Assembly: GCA_002104905.1 (NCBI GenBank)
Contig: MCFE01000294.1
Coordinates: 1 to 64,000, forward strand
DNA: 64,000 nt
Direction: 5' to 3'
Source: Basidiobolus meristosporus CBS 931.73
Lineage: Eukaryota; Fungi; Basidiobolomycota
A program made the translations under genes and the position numbers. Below the pieces are notes generated by a model. That model did not search any database. It was not told the origin of the DNA and was given only the letters and a program-made list of their open reading frames with translations. This document shows, piece after piece, positions 13,480 through 27,490 of this stretch (positions within the stretch are counted from its first letter, which is position 1; every line of letters begins with the position of its first letter).

Positions 13480-13754
13480 AAGAATGTGTACATCAACCAT
13501 TGCAATGAGCTGGTGGACCAATTTTAACGCTTTTGTGTGTGCAAGCTCAAAAAATCTCTGTGTGGTCTTAAACAAACACCAAGTGCCTGTAATTGCAAGA
13601 TAGTTTTCTATTTGGAACCATTGAGTAACCAAAGGAGTACTACTGGCTATGATATCCACTATAAACTAAATAAAGCAAGTCCAGTTCTATTTGCTCCATA
13701 TGTGTATGATCATATTAAAGCCACCAATAACCAAGAAACATTGAAATAGACTAA
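13480..13754 (+). pseudogene. Degenerate copia reverse-transcriptase fragment
   Basis: CKLKKSLCGLKQTPSAC..APYVYDHIKATNNQETLK resembles copia RT CKL.KSLYGLKQAPRAW..LYVDDLIIA. Confidence 0.75.
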
Positions 13755-13755
13755 G

Positions 13756-16235
13756 CCCTATGAAATATCATTGTCATGTACCCATCAAAAGACTGTGAAT
13801 CAAAGGTATTAAATCCATCAGAATATCCCGCAAAGGCCATCAAAAAAAATAATTGCGCCGCAGATATCATAAAAACTTGGTCAAAATTCTTTGTTGCAGC
13901 AATAAAAAGTGGCTTTGGATTGGTTCCCTGGCAATTTTCCAGATAAATCCTTTTCCAGTAGCTGGTCAATTTGTCTTTTCATCTCTCTCAGTTCCAGTTA
14001 GCTGATTTGATACAAAGTCTTGCTCAACAAATGGCTATTACCATTGTCATTGGGATGTTCAACTTCTCTGATTGGCGGTGAGCTCACAAGTTTGACTGAA
14101 AAAACATTGCAATAATCATTAAAAAAGTTTAGACTTTGAGACAAGCTGGGTAGCAGAAGTACCCTTTAGCACTGCCAAGAAAGACATCTGGGAACCTCTT
14201 TTATGTGCTCGGTAGAGCTGTGTCTATCCAGCACACTTGTGTGACAAAAGATGAATTTACTCAAATGTCAATCCAGTAGAGAAGGTACTTGCTCTTTATT
14301 GTGTTGTCCGTTTAGATCTGGGTGGCATTGATTCTCTAGTAGATTGATGCATTTTAATAGAAGAGTCATGTTATTGCATGCACAAGGTCAAACTTGCAGT
14401 TACCAAAAATGTAGGCCTGCAAGTACACTACTAGTAAATACTGCCAGCCCCTAATTCTCCTCAACTTGAATCTGCTGCCTATCTTATGGTATCAGAGCAG
14501 AAAACTGATCATAGTCTCACTGGTATATGAGCCTAAGTCACCATCTAACCTATATAGCTACCTGTATTCATTGCTGGATGAATTTTCCATGCTTTCATGC
14601 TGGATGATTGTTAGTCAAGTAATTAGCCTTTGGCTGGAATACAGGATTAATTGGAAGCTGGCGATACTTAAGATAGAGGATATCTGCTGGAGCAAAAGCT
14701 TTCCACTGGGAGCAATGCATTTGATAATCAACAATAGCCCTATATTGACAACCAAGTTATATAAGAGGCATTTTAAGCAAAACGAGCCCTTCATAATACC
14801 AGAAAAATTTGAAACAATTGGTAAGATATTACACAGTATTGGCTACCCTAAGTACTTCTAGAAGCATTGGGAGTCATATGCAGACATTGTAGGAATATTT
14901 ATCCAGAAGCAGATCAGCAATGCCAACTTGACACATATACAGCTTTTGTACAAAGTGGTTGTGATAGAAGCTACTTAGGGTTAATATCATATGGGGCTAA
15001 TACCAATAATATGGGCAAAAGAAATATGGGAAAATACTGATAAGATAAAATATGGACAAGTTCATCATAATAGCTATATGAATAAACTTCTCTGTGGGAG
15101 GTATGTTTACCCTACCACACTGCTACTGTCGCTGTTCTCTACTCCATCTTGTCTGCTGTGTGGACAATATTGGGCATTGCTTCACCTGGTGGTTTCCTAT
15201 GAAGAGGATGTGTAGGGAGATTGGAAGACAAGTCAAGTTGCAGCTACTACCATATCTCAATGTCATCAAGAATATTACCTACAAGTATGTCATGGATGTG
15301 ATTAGTTGGCACATGGAGGACAGCCAGGAAGAGTTGGAAAATGCTGAGGACAGATGTGCATATGGAGACACCTATGCATGTGGCATTAAGAAGCTAAGCA
15401 GCCCCAATGTGTGGGTAATCAGTTGAGTAATGCAAAGTTGGGTTGGCTGAAACAAGCAGCTAATTGTGGTTAGGAAAACTCTACCAAAGTATGTCAGGTT
15501 TCTCTGGGTCACAAGTCAGTTTCAGCTCCATTCAATACAGAATTCACACAAATAATAGCCAGAATGCACCTATATGGAGGGCTAGAATCCAGAGGGGAGA
15601 GGGAATATATTGGCTAAATACCAAAAAGTACTTTGCAGTGATTCAGGAGGTATTCATAGTGGAAGTGGCAGCAACCAGGCATATGTTTGCAAGATGTGTA
15701 TGTACCAGCAATACATGGTATATGGCAACTTTGCATGTATTATGCTAAAAAGCCATAAAGTTGAGATGATACAAGTGTTTCAGTTACAGCAGGTGTGTGC
15801 ATTTGTAGAAGTTAGTAAACAGGAGGCCATATTTTTTTGTTTTCACTATATATGGAATACCCAAGCAAATAGTGGATACCAAATAAAAAGGGCTGATTCT
15901 ACAGTGGAATATGTGAATTGCGCAAATGGGGGTAGAGAAAGGAAACACCACTTGCTAAATTTGTATGGTAGCATTATATAGAGGACTAGTAATAGGCTGC
16001 CATAATGCTGCAATAATTCCTTCAGAGGCTTGTGATGAGGCCATCTAAACACCACCAAGTTTTTTGCCATATAAGGCAAGTGGATGTACTGGCTGGTTTG
16101 ATCCACCCAAATAGTTGAAGAGTGCACTAAGACTACAACAATGCCCTGCCACCCCTGGCAAAACAGTACCCAAGTACAGTAATGCTTTAACTTTATTTGG
16201 CCTTAAAATTAGCCAAATGCCACACTAAGCCTTTT
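13756..16235 (+). mobile_element. CACTA copy B (left terminus plus internally deleted transposase 14420-16230)
   Basis: CCCTATGAAATATCATT terminus at 13756. The subterminal block 13790-13960 is homologous to 56930-57130 and 61300-61510 (reverse complement). Transposase motifs occur in ORFs 14466-15981. Confidence 0.8.
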
Positions 16236-17933
16236 GATGATACTGTGCTAGATCTCTGATAGCTTCTTGATTATTAGCACATTCTTGATCATGGTATTCA
16301 ACAGCATGACTTTTAGGCTTGGCTATAAGTGTTACAAGTCTTGGTATAAGAATTGTAGAGGAATAGGAAGTTTAGCTAGTATTGGATCCACTAAAACTTG
16401 AGTTGATTTTCATTGAGGTTCCAGCAGCTCCTTATATACTTTTTGCCAGATAAATTGCAGACTAATTGTATTTCCTAATGTAGGTGGTGGTTGATGACTC
16501 ATTTGATTGCATCATTTTCACCTAATAAGATCCTACTTGGTATACCTATTACTCTCTATTAAGTATATGCTGATTCATTTGATACAACAGTTGCATTTCC
16601 TGGTGGTTGTTAGTCTTCTGATAAAGTCAATTCCACAACTTTCAAATGATCTTACTGGCTCCAAGTGATAGAGTTTGGCAATCCTTTGTGGCTGCCCTTG
16701 ATTGATATGGCAATTTGGGCATGTTTTCACTAGCTTCTCAATGCCATGTTTCATTCTGGGCCACCATGCTCTGGCTTTTGCATGGCTATTGGTTCCTTTG
16801 ATTCCAAGATGTCCACATCCGTTGTGTATCTATGTATGAGATCCAGGCGTGCAACATAAGGGCAATAGGCAATAGGGCTTCCATCAACAATTTGGTAGAG
16901 GGTTTCATCTTGTACTACAAATTTGCTAGCTTCATCCAGGATTATCTTCTTGATATCTTCATCCACCTCTTTAGGGATGGCTTAGTCCTCCAAGTACTTT
17001 TGTAATAGGCTAGGCCAATCTGATTCATGCACCAAGTTGAGTTGTGCAACTTGTTCTAATATTGATAAGGCATCAGCAGCTATTTTGTTTTTCCCAGGGC
17101 AGTAGACAATCTCCATATCAAATTGCTGAATGTATCTGCTCCATCTTGTCATTCTTCTACAGAGTACATTCTGAGTAAATATATACTTGAGGGAGGCATG
17201 ATCAGTCTTCACAGTGCTTTTTACTCCTTCAATAAAGCATCTCCATGTCTTCACACAGTGTATTATAGCAAGCATCTTTGTCTTATGCACTGGATAGTTT
17301 TGTTCTGCTGAGTTCAGTTTCTTGGATTCAAAGGCAACTAGGTAGTCCTTTCCCTCATGTACTTGGCCCAGAACTCCACCAATTGCATAGTCTGAAGCAT
17401 CTGTGCACAGTGTAAATATTTTGCTGAAGTCCAGTATTCTTAAGCTTGGCAGCTTAGCAAGCTCATTTGTAAGTGTATAGAAGGCAGTCTCACAAGCTAT
17501 GACCCACTTGTAGCTATTGACATTCTTGAGGATATCAGTTAAAGGGGCTGCAATACTTGCAAAGGACTTGACAAATCTCCAACAATAGGAGACCATTCCA
17601 AGGAATGATTTGCATTCAGCTATACTATGGGGCTGCTTCAGATTCTGGATAACTTTAACCTGCTTAGGGTCTAAGGTTACTCCTGTTCTAGTCACTATGT
17701 GTCCCATATAATCAATGTGTTCCTTGAAGAATTCACACTTGGGTAGTGTGCCATAAAGCTTGTTCTCTCTTAGCTTCTTCAAGACCTTTTCAATGTGCAC
17801 TAAATGATCCTCTTCTGTCTTGCTGTATATCAATATATCATATAGGTAGATTATCACAAACTTGTCTCAGTACTCCTGGAAGACAGTCTGCATCAGGGTC
17901 ATGAATGTTGCAGGGGCATTGGTGAGTCCAATA

Positions 17934-20900
17934 TGTTGCAACTTAAGAAGTGATTTGGATATAAGGAACTTATCAAGAAATAGTGATAATAGTTGAACTG
18001 TTGTTTATTCATAAAGAAGCTCAGTATTTATACCTTTGTAGAAGTAATACAGCTGCAACACTAAGTAGGGAGGGTTTCTCAATATTCAGGAGCATTCTGT
18101 AACAGTTTCAGGGTTAGTACATAATGTTTGGTAATAGTGCTAATTTGATCCTGACTATATGGGAATAATCATAAGATCATATATCTGGAGAAAGTGGCAA
18201 AGTTAAGGCAGTAAATGAGTCCTACAGTGACTAAGACTAGCCTAGAATTGTTAAGTAAATTTTTAGCTGCTGAATGATACCAAATAGTCCAATATTTCAA
18301 CACTACCCCTCAACTAAATAATTTCTTAATCCCAATTTCTCTCTAAGGATCTCCAACTGTGGCCTAGCTAGTGGTTTTGTCAATATGTCTGCCACCATTT
18401 TGTCAGTTGGGCAGTAAACCAGCTCCACTAAGTTATTTTCTACAGCTTCCCTCACAAAGTGATGCTGTATATCAATGTGCTTAGTTCTGGCATGATTAGT
18501 AGGATTTCTAGCGAATGAAATACAACTTTGATTATCCTTGTGAATACATGTTGGTTCACCTGAATTAAAACCTAAGTCTTTGAATAATTTTTGTAGCCAT
18601 ATAGCCTCCTTAGTGGCTTGACATGCAGCCATATATTTGGCTTCAGTTGTAGATAGTGCCACAGTTGGTTGTTTCTTGCAATTCCAAGTAATAGCTGCAC
18701 CAGCATAAAAAAATACATAGCCTGTGGTAGAGCATCTGTCAATCAGATCCCTACCCCAATCTGAATCACTATAACCATCAAATTTTTGCCTGTTAGCAGC
18801 TCCAGAGTATTCCAGTACCATATTCATGGTACCTTGTAGATATCTGATAATCTGCTTAACTGCTGCAATTTATCTGATCCATATTTCTGCATGAATTGAC
18901 TGACTATTCCAACTGCTACTGCAATATCTGGACGTGTAGACACCATCAAGTACGTTAGGCTACCAACCATTGATTGATAGGGAAAGTTTGGGTCCAAATT
19001 TGAGCCGTTTTCATCTATAACTGGCTGAGATTTGCTTAATTTCAGGTTATTGTCCATAGGGGTTGCTGCAGGTTTGCAATTTTCCATTTTGAAGCGTCTA
19101 AGAATGTCACTGATGTACTTAGACTGATTCAGCACAACTTTCTGCGTAGGTATGTCAAATTTGACCTCAAATCCAACAAAATAGCTCAATTTTCCAAGAT
19201 CTTTCATCTCAAACTTGCTGAAGAGATCTGATTTTGTCTGTTTAAGTGCCTCTTGATCACTTGTAGCTATAATTAGGTCGTCCACATAAAGAACTAGGAT
19301 GATCACACCCTTTTTGAGCTGTTTTACATATATACTGTGATCTGCAGTGCTACGAGAGAACCCAATTTCTTCTAGATATGTGTTAATCTTGTTATACCAT
19401 GCTCTGGGTGCCTGCTTAAGCCCATACAACAATTTTCTAAGTTTGCACACCTTATGGGGGCTTTTTGGATTGGTAAGACCTTCTGGTTGCTCCATATATA
19501 TAGTTTCTTGCAAATACCCATTTAGAAAGGCTGTTTTGACGTCCATTTGGTGTAGATCTAGACTGTGTACAGCTGCCAGGGCTAGAACTGTCCTAATACA
19601 GTTAAACTTGGCAACCGGAGAAAATGTTTCCTTAAAGTCTAGTCCCTGGATCTGGGAATAGCCTTTAGCTACCAATCTAGCCTTGTACTTATCAATGGCA
19701 CCATTTGAGGTTATCTTGATCTTGTAGACCCATCTACATCCTATTGGCTTTCTCCCATTTGGTAAATCTACCAGTTCCCACATTTTTGTCTTGATCAGTG
19801 ATTGGTACTCCTCCTGCATGGCTTGTTGCCACTTAGTAGCATCTGGACCTTGCATTGCCTGTTCCAGATTCTGAGGTTCGGCACATAAGGCAAGATAAGC
19901 TTCTTCATGATCATTGGATGTCTGCCACCAGGATCCAGGGGCATTTTGTATTCTGGTAGATCTCCTAACTGGGATAAACTGTTCTGATCTGGAACTGGTA
20001 GAAATATCTTCCATCTCTGGCTGGATTTGGTACGTATCTTCTTCATTTGTGTTGATTTCATCATCAGGCAGCTGGCCAATGATTTCTGTGGCTTTCTGAT
20101 CTGAGATCTCCTCAAATACAACGTCCCTGCTCTTGATCAGCTTCTGAATTTTGCCATCATACACTCTATACCCTTTAGTATCTTCACAATACCCAAGAAA
20201 GATCCCTTTTCTACTCTTTGGTTCCAACTTTGAGCGTTTTTTGTCAGGGATGTGATAAAAAACATCACTGCCAAAGATCCTGAGGTGCTGGAGATCTGGT
20301 TTTTTGCCTGTATATGCTTCAAAGGGTGTAGAATCACGTAGTGCTGTTGTTGGGCATCTGTTCTTGATGTATACAGCGGTAGCAACAGATTCAGCCCAAA
20401 ACTTGTAGTCCATTCCCTTATCATGTAGCATAGATCTTCCCATCTCTACTATTGTTCTATTTGCACGTTCTGCTTCTCCATTTTGCTGTGGAGAATGTGG
20501 AACTGTGGTCTGTTGAAGTATACCAGTAGACAAGCAGTATTTTGCCAACTCCTTTGAGCAGTATTCTCCTCCATTGTCACTTTGTAGTACCTTCAATTTA
20601 CACCCAGTTTGTGTTTCTGCCATGTTCTTGAAGTGCTTAAACGTCTCTAAAGCTTCATCCTTTGTTTTGAGGAAGTACACCCATGTATATCTTGTCTTGT
20701 CATCAATAAACGTCATAAAGTATCTCTTGGCTCCAAAGGACAGTGCTCTCATGGGGCCACATATGTCTGAGTGTACAATAGCCAATATTTCGGTGGTATT
20801 GATGCCTTCTGAGCTCTTGAAACGTTGCCTAGCTTGTTTGCATATGAACATACCTTACAAACATTCATTTTGATCGGAATTGAGTATTTTAGGCCCAAAA

Positions 20901-22615
20901 CAAGCTGATTTTTCACCAATTGGCTCATTTTCTGCTCCCCTATGTGTCCTAGCCTCCTATGCCATGTCTCCCAGTTGGTTTCATCAGTTTCAGCAATGTT
21001 GACATACTCAGGTACAATGATCTTGCATTGTAACTTGTATATATTGTGATCTCTGATTCCCAAAGCTAATTTTTGTCCATTTTCACTCAATATTGAGCAG
21101 CTCAGCTTAGTAAAAACAAATTTCAGTCCCTGAGTAGTTGCTTTACTGACTGAGAGTAGGTTCTTAGCTATTCCAGGTACATAGAGTACGTCAGTCAGTT
21201 TTGCTGTTGTTGCCCCTGAGTTATCACTCATATTTAGTTGTATAGACCCACTGGCAGTAGCTTCCAATGCAGAGTTATCTCCCAGATAAACCTTTCTTAC
21301 AGGAATAGTCTTTAAGTTGCTGAACCAATTCTTTATACCACAAATATGCTGTGATGCTCCAGAGTCAATATACCATTCATTACTTTGGTTACTTGAACTC
21401 TCTTGTACAGTGACAAATAACTGTTCATCAGTAGTTATATGGTTTGCCTGCTCTAGTTTCTGTTTTTTGTATGCTTGTTTCTTCTTGCATTCTCTTGCCC
21501 AGTGTCCTGGCTTCTTACAGTAGTTACAGCAGCCAGGTTTTCTTCGGTTTTGTTGCTTTCCCTTCTTTTCTGTATGCCTTTCTGAACTGAATAAAGCATT
21601 ATCTTCAATTTTCTCTGCTTGATCATTACGTCTGAGTTCTTCATGGAGAAGTCTTCCTTTGACAGTCTAAAGTCAAGTTGTCTTCTCTGCTTTCAAAAGA
21701 AAGTATGAGTGGCTCATACTTGTCTGGTAGGCTGCAAAGCAGACAAAGTATCTTTTCTTCATCATCTACACCAGCATTAATACTGTAAAGTTCTTCTGCA
21801 AGTGTCTCCATTCTGGTAATTAGTTGTAGCATGTCATCATCTGGCCTTTTTCTCATGTTGAAGAACTTTTGTTTCAAATAAAGCTTGCTTGATACTGACT
21901 TTGCTCTAAAGATATTCTCTAAGGATTCCCATGCTGCTTTGGCAGTATTTGAGGCATGGATTCGTCCAATGAAGGAGTCTTGCACATTGATGCATATTGC
22001 ATTGAAGGCCTTTCTCTCCTTCTCTTGAAACTTCTCCACATCTTCTGCTGTTCCTTTGGGCTCAACTTCCTTTCCTGTTACTATGTTCCAAAGCTTTCTT
22101 TCCTCAAGGTGGATCTGCATCTTGATTCTCCAAAGTCTGTATTTCTTCCCATCAAACCTCTCCTTTACAGGGAAGATGTTGGTATTGCTTTGTTTGCTGG
22201 TAGAAGTCATCTTTAGGATAGATTAAGGCAATCAGGGCTCAAAACCTCTTGCAATTTAAGAAGTGATTTGGATATAAGGGACTTATCAAGAAATAGTGAT
22301 AATAGTTGAACTGTTGTTTATTCATAAAGAAGCTCAGTATTTATACCTTTGTAGAAGTAATACAGCTGCAACACTAAGTAGGGAGGGTTTCTCAATATTC
22401 AGGAGCATTCTGTAACAGTTTCAGGGTTAGTACATAATGTTTGGTAATAGTGCTAATTTGATCCTGACTATATGGGAATAATCATAAGATCATATATCTG
22501 GAGAAAGTGGCAAAGTTAAGGCAGTAAATGAGTCCCACAGTGACTAAGACTAGCCTCGAACTGTTAAGTAAATTTTTAGCTGCTGAATGATACCAAATAG
22601 TCCAATATTTCAACA
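17934..22615 (-). mobile_element. Full-length copia LTR retrotransposon (family 1), recent, three frameshifts
   Basis: 369-bp LTRs at 17934-18302 and 22247-22615 (6 mismatches by eye), 5-bp TSD CAATA, PBS GGTTTTGAGCCCTG 22233-22246, PPT next to 18303, order Gag-PR-IN-RT-RH. Confidence 0.97.
18303..22210 (-). pseudogene. gag-pol: copia Gag-Pol (Gag, CNYCKKPGHWAREC knuckle, WYIDSGAS protease, integrase, RT, RNase H), broken into four frames
   Basis: ORFs 21641-22210, an open frame about 21663-20749, 18824-20851 (HSDICGP, QQNGEAER, MDVKTAFLNG, YVDD) and 18303-18827 (YSDSDW, ADILTK). Frameshifts near 21664, 20845 and 18870. Confidence 0.95.
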
Positions 22616-24636
22616 CAATATTCATGAGTAAATACCTGTAACGTCCATATCTGGTCCTGAATGCTGTCTTAGGGATGTCTTCTGGCTTCAAGCTAATCTG
22701 GTTGTATCCTGACATGAGGTCAAACTTGTCAAAAATAGTAGCTCCATTGAGTTGGTCCAAAAGTTCATCAATCCAAGGTATGGGGTACTTATTCTTCATG
22801 GTATCTGAGTTGAGGGCTCTGCAGTCAACTAAGCCAAGGGCTTGGTAGTCAATGCGCATCCTAAGTGTTCCATCCTTCTTCTTCACAACAAGTACTAGTG
22901 CTCCCCAAGGTGACTTGCTGGGTCTGATATATCCTTGCTCAGGTAACTGATCTATTTATCTCTTTATCTCTTCCAACTCCAATGGACTCATTCAGTAAGG
23001 TGTCTTACTCACTGGAGGGCAATCTCCTGTTTTGATGGCATGACCTACATCTCTGACTGGTGATTGGCTTACAAGTTCATTTGGAAATATGTCTGAATAT
23101 TCCTTCAAAAGAGTGTGGGCTTTCTGGGGTACTGGAGTGAAGGAATCCACCTGTGATACTGCCATGAGAAACATCTGGGTCCCTTTTCTTAGTACTCTAC
23201 AGAACTGTTTCTTGCTGATTTCACCTGTTTCACACACACTGGAATTGACTGAGTTTGAATCCACTTTGGCAGACAATAGCTCCAAGGTCTTGTTGTCCCT
23301 CTGGATCTGAGTAGTATGGGCTCTCCAGTTCATAGATGGATTACAACAAAACAGCCAGGTTTCCCAAGTACAAGGTCAAACATGCAGTTCCCAAATATAT
23401 AGGCCTGTACCTCTTCTTCATAGTCTTGGATCTTCATCCTTACTGGCTGAGTAATATGGTTGATTATGTGAGAGTTCCCATCAGCTATTAAGACTGAAGT
23501 TGATTTGGTGGGCTCTGAGTTGATTCAGCCTTCAAAGCAAATTGCTCTGACATGTACTCATGCAATGCTCCTGAGTCAATCATGATCTTGGCAGGTACTC
23601 CATTGATTACTCCATTCAAATATAATAGCTTTCCTGAGTTTGAGGTCATCTGGGATAAGTATTCTTCTGTCATATGGAAGGTGAGTTATGAGTCTTCTTC
23701 AAGTATATCCTCCATGTTACTATGCTCCAGGGCCTCAATATGGCTAAAGGTTCTTGATGGCTGGTGATCATTTCTTCTCTGAGGGCAGTGCTTTGTAATA
23801 TGTCCCTGCTGGTGGCAATTGATGCAAAGCCCTTTCTTCTTACAATCTTCTGAGGAAGGTTCCCAGGTGGAGATTGTAGAGCATCCCATCATGGTGACTG
23901 ACCTGATCTAGCTGTGGTACCACTGTAAGGCTGCATCTGCCAGGTACAAGGCTGTGTAATGGAACTTGCTTTTTGGAGCAATTCCCTTAGCCTTGAAAGC
24001 TTCTTCCATCTGGAAGAGCCAAGTTCCCAGGTTTTCATTGACTCTGCCATGGTACCGGTTGACCTTCACACTAAATTTGCTCTTGACAGGGTTTTGCTGG
24101 CTTTGCGCCATGGTAGTCATTCCTTGCCGCTGCTGGCTAAGGATCTGGAGTAACTGCTGCTGCTTGGCCAGGATTTGTTACATAGCATTCTTCCACTCTT
24201 GATTTTTGGACATCTTGTGGGAGGCTTCTTGTTTCTTAAGGAGGGAGGTTTCTGGTTATTGCTGCTACCAATGTTACAAGTCTTGGTGTGATAGTTGTAG
24301 AGGAATAGGCAGTTTAGCTAGTATTGTATTCACTAAAACTTCAACTGATTTTCTTTGAGATTCCAGCAGCTCCTTATGTACATTTTGCCGGATCAATTGC
24401 TGACTAATTGTATTTCCCAATGTAGGCTGTGGCTGATGACTCATTTGATTGCATCATCCTCACACAATAAGTTCCTACTTATATCTATTTCTGTCTGATA
24501 AGGATCTGCTGTTCCATTTGCTGACTAATGCTACTGATTTGATAGATGATACAGATATACTGATAAGCTAAACTTATAACTAATTGATTTGTCTAAAAAC
24601 AGATCTAACTTGAACATTTAAGCAATGGATACAACA

Positions 24637-26275
24637 TAAACACTACAGTCTTTCCCTCCAATGCTGTAATATGCTTTCTGTGGCTTTTCATCAGGCACTT
24701 TTGTGGTGCTTTTAAGACTGTATAGTGTACCTCTGTTGCTACATTGGGAAATGGCTCAATTCTTGGCTGTGACACTGAGCAATTTGAGATCCATTTTTGC
24801 AGGAAAGATGCTGCATAATCTGCCAGGAATACTGATTACTCTACAAGTATTAGCTGCCCATTCTGTTTCTGGACTATTTCCTGATCTTTCTTGGCCATTG
24901 CATCTATCCTATCAGCCATTATATCAAATAGCCACTTTAATGCTTTAGTATGTGCTGACAATATTCCTGCTAATACCGGTGGTAGTGATGTTATGAAAGT
25001 CACTTGCAGTTCATCAACTGAGGGCACTGCTTTTGCTACATTCTCATTTGCCTCAGTATTGTGGTGAGCTTGTGGCTCCACAGTGATTTTCATTTGCCTA
25101 CTTGACTGGGTGCCTAAGCAGTCTTCATAATTACATTCAGAGGGTACACTGACAACATGGCCTTATTGGGATGTAGCCCTACTGGTTGCACTGAATGTCA
25201 AAGCAAGCTGTTGTACAACTGCTCTTCTGGTGAATGGTGTGATGTAGTGGCCAGTAAAGTGGTATGTTTCCACAAATATCAGTAATGGAGCTGTGAGGAT
25301 TTACTACTGCTTCTTGCCATAATCATTCCACAATGCAATTTACCATATAAATGGTACAAGTGGACAACCATCACATGGCTGAAAACATAGGATCCAGAGA
25401 CTGTCCTAATTCCAGCATGTGCTGAAAGTAGCATAGCATTCACATCTAAAAATGTTACCATGGCAATGTGTCTACATTGTCAGAAATCCACCACCATTAA
25501 GGTAAAACCTTGTTCATGCTCTGGATATTTTCCAATCATACCATGTCTGAGGAGGCTGATGCAGTCTGACAAATATTGCAAAGCTATCCAGTACTGTCCT
25601 CAGTATCAATCAGGCGCTAGCATATCCATAAATTTGATAGCAAGCAATACAAGCAATTAAGAAGCAAGTGCTATTTTGAAGGTATGTATGACCATGCCTT
25701 TGCCTTGGCACTTGATGGATTCCCACTCAACAAGTACTCAAGCAGAAAATCAAGTTGGTTGCTAAGTCTTGTCAACCTTGATGTACCGCCTCTCTTATGT
25801 TAGCAGAGCAGAGATCTGATGGTGGTTTCACTGGTATATGGGCCTAAATTTCCATCCAACCTGGACAGCTAGCTTTTTGGGGCACAATTGGTGGTATCAC
25901 TGTTGAATGTGCAAGATACAGGGAATTACTCCAAAACTCACACATACTTTTATTATCCACACTCCAACACTAAGTGCATTATATGCACACCTAGGGAATA
26001 TACAGAAGTCAGCATGTAATTGCAGCAAAGTTGGCAAGCTTTAAGCCATCAACTGTGAAATAGAACTGATTAGAAACCTGAGATACCTAAGATAGCAGGT
26101 ATCTATTGGAGCACAAGCTTTTCACTGGCAGCAATGCATTTGATTTTCAACAATATCCCTATACTAATGACCAAGTATATGGGGCATTTCCAGCTAAATG
26201 AGCCCTTTGAGATACCTCAGAAATTTGAAAGAATTAGCATGATGTTATATAATATCTGCTACCCTAAGTACTTCT
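24637..26275. mobile_element. CACTA copy F fragment (accessory gene on minus strand 24637-25230, also 16240-16329; transposase on plus strand 25270-26275)
   Basis: Homology to copies C and D. The spacer and transposase N-terminus are deleted, and the copy is cut at 26276 by a copia LTR. Confidence 0.8.
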
Positions 26276-27490
26276 TGTTGTAATGGTCTTAGATACATTG
26301 GAGGTAATTGGGAGGGCAAGTATATTTTGTGGTTTTAACTTGATGATTTGTTGAATGTGATAATACTTTTACATGGTCTTGGCAAAGCAAACATGTAGAA
26401 TAGACTTAGGAAGGTCCCAAGAGCATGCATGCAAAGTATGGGGCTGTTGGATAAGTTTGTGTAATTTACATGTGCTGGGTACCTGATATTACCTAACCCT
26501 AAGACAATTCCAATAAGAGATTTGGTCAGATTTCACAAGGATTCAAAGGTAATGATCTAGATGACTAAGTTAGGTTGTTATTCAAGTGGAATTACAAATT
26601 TCTTACAACACCCCCACTCAGCTAGATGCTCATACTGACTAGTCCTAATTTTGACCTAAGATATTACAAACTTGTTTCTAGCCAATGGTTTGATCAATAC
26701 AATTGCTATCATTTCATCTGAAGGACAGTAAATTAAGCAAACCAAGTTATTATCTTTAGCTTCAAATATGAAATAATGTCTAATACCTATGTAATTTGAT
26801 CTAGCATGAAATTACTTTTAATGAAGTAATAGGCATTTTTGACATAGGCCTAAATCTGTAAAAAGCTTTGTTAGCCACATTACCACTCTTATAGCTTCAC
26901 AGGCTATCATGTACTCTGTCTCTGTGGTAGAAAGTGCTATGGCTTGTTGCTTTCTTGAATTCTATAAAATTGCTCTTTGTGAGTAAACAAAGATGCATCC
27001 TATAGTTGATCTTCTCTCTTTTGAGTTTAATTGCTCTTGATTTGGTCAAGTTTTGACTAAGTTAAGGTTTGTCTCTATTGGGGTAGCTGCTGGGTTCAGT
27101 CTTCCAGTTGGTACTTGTTTAATATATCTGGAGTATACTTAGATTGGCTTTGCGTGATACTCTGGGTACCTTTGTCTATGGAGAACTTAATCACTAAGTA
27201 GTAACTTAGTTCTTGTAGATTGGACATCTTGAACTCCTTAGATAGGCTGGATTTAGTCTCTTCCAATGTTTCCAGGTTATTGGCAGCTATAGTAAGATCA
27301 TCCACAAATAGAGCTAATAGATCTGGATTTGCTCTATTTGGCTTATAGTATATACATTAGTCAGCACTACTCCTTTTGAAACTTAAATTTTCCAAATAAG
27401 AATCTTTTTTACAGTTTTAGGCTCTTAGTATTTGTTTGAGTCCATATAGAGATTTTTTAAGTTTGCAGACCAAATGGAGGTTATATCAGT
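26276..27490 (-). mobile_element. copia family 3, 3' fragment (RT, RNase H, PPT, 3' LTR 26276-26610)
   Basis: TGTTG..ACAACA LTR homologous to 41445-41793 and 62634-62973, PPT TGAGTGGGGG, ORF DDLTIAANNLETLEETK..FKMSNL, RNase H remnants. Confidence 0.88.

Larger units (their letters stand above)
16330..24636 (-). mobile_element. Decayed Ty3/gypsy family 1 copy 2 with nested copia; integrase 3' part and the start of the 3' LTR deleted
   Basis: 5' LTR 24272-24636, PBS at 24260-24270, partial 3' LTR 16330-16580, 4-bp TSD TAAG/TAAA. Gag/PR/RT/RH fragments are homologous to 7134-11267. Inserted in a CACTA accessory gene. Confidence 0.93.

Noticed and set aside
14426-14445. CACTACTAG looks like a canonical CACTA terminus
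   Set aside because: It is in-frame transposase sequence (KYTTSKYC, equivalent to KYSTSKSC in other copies). The real ends are CCC(C)TA.
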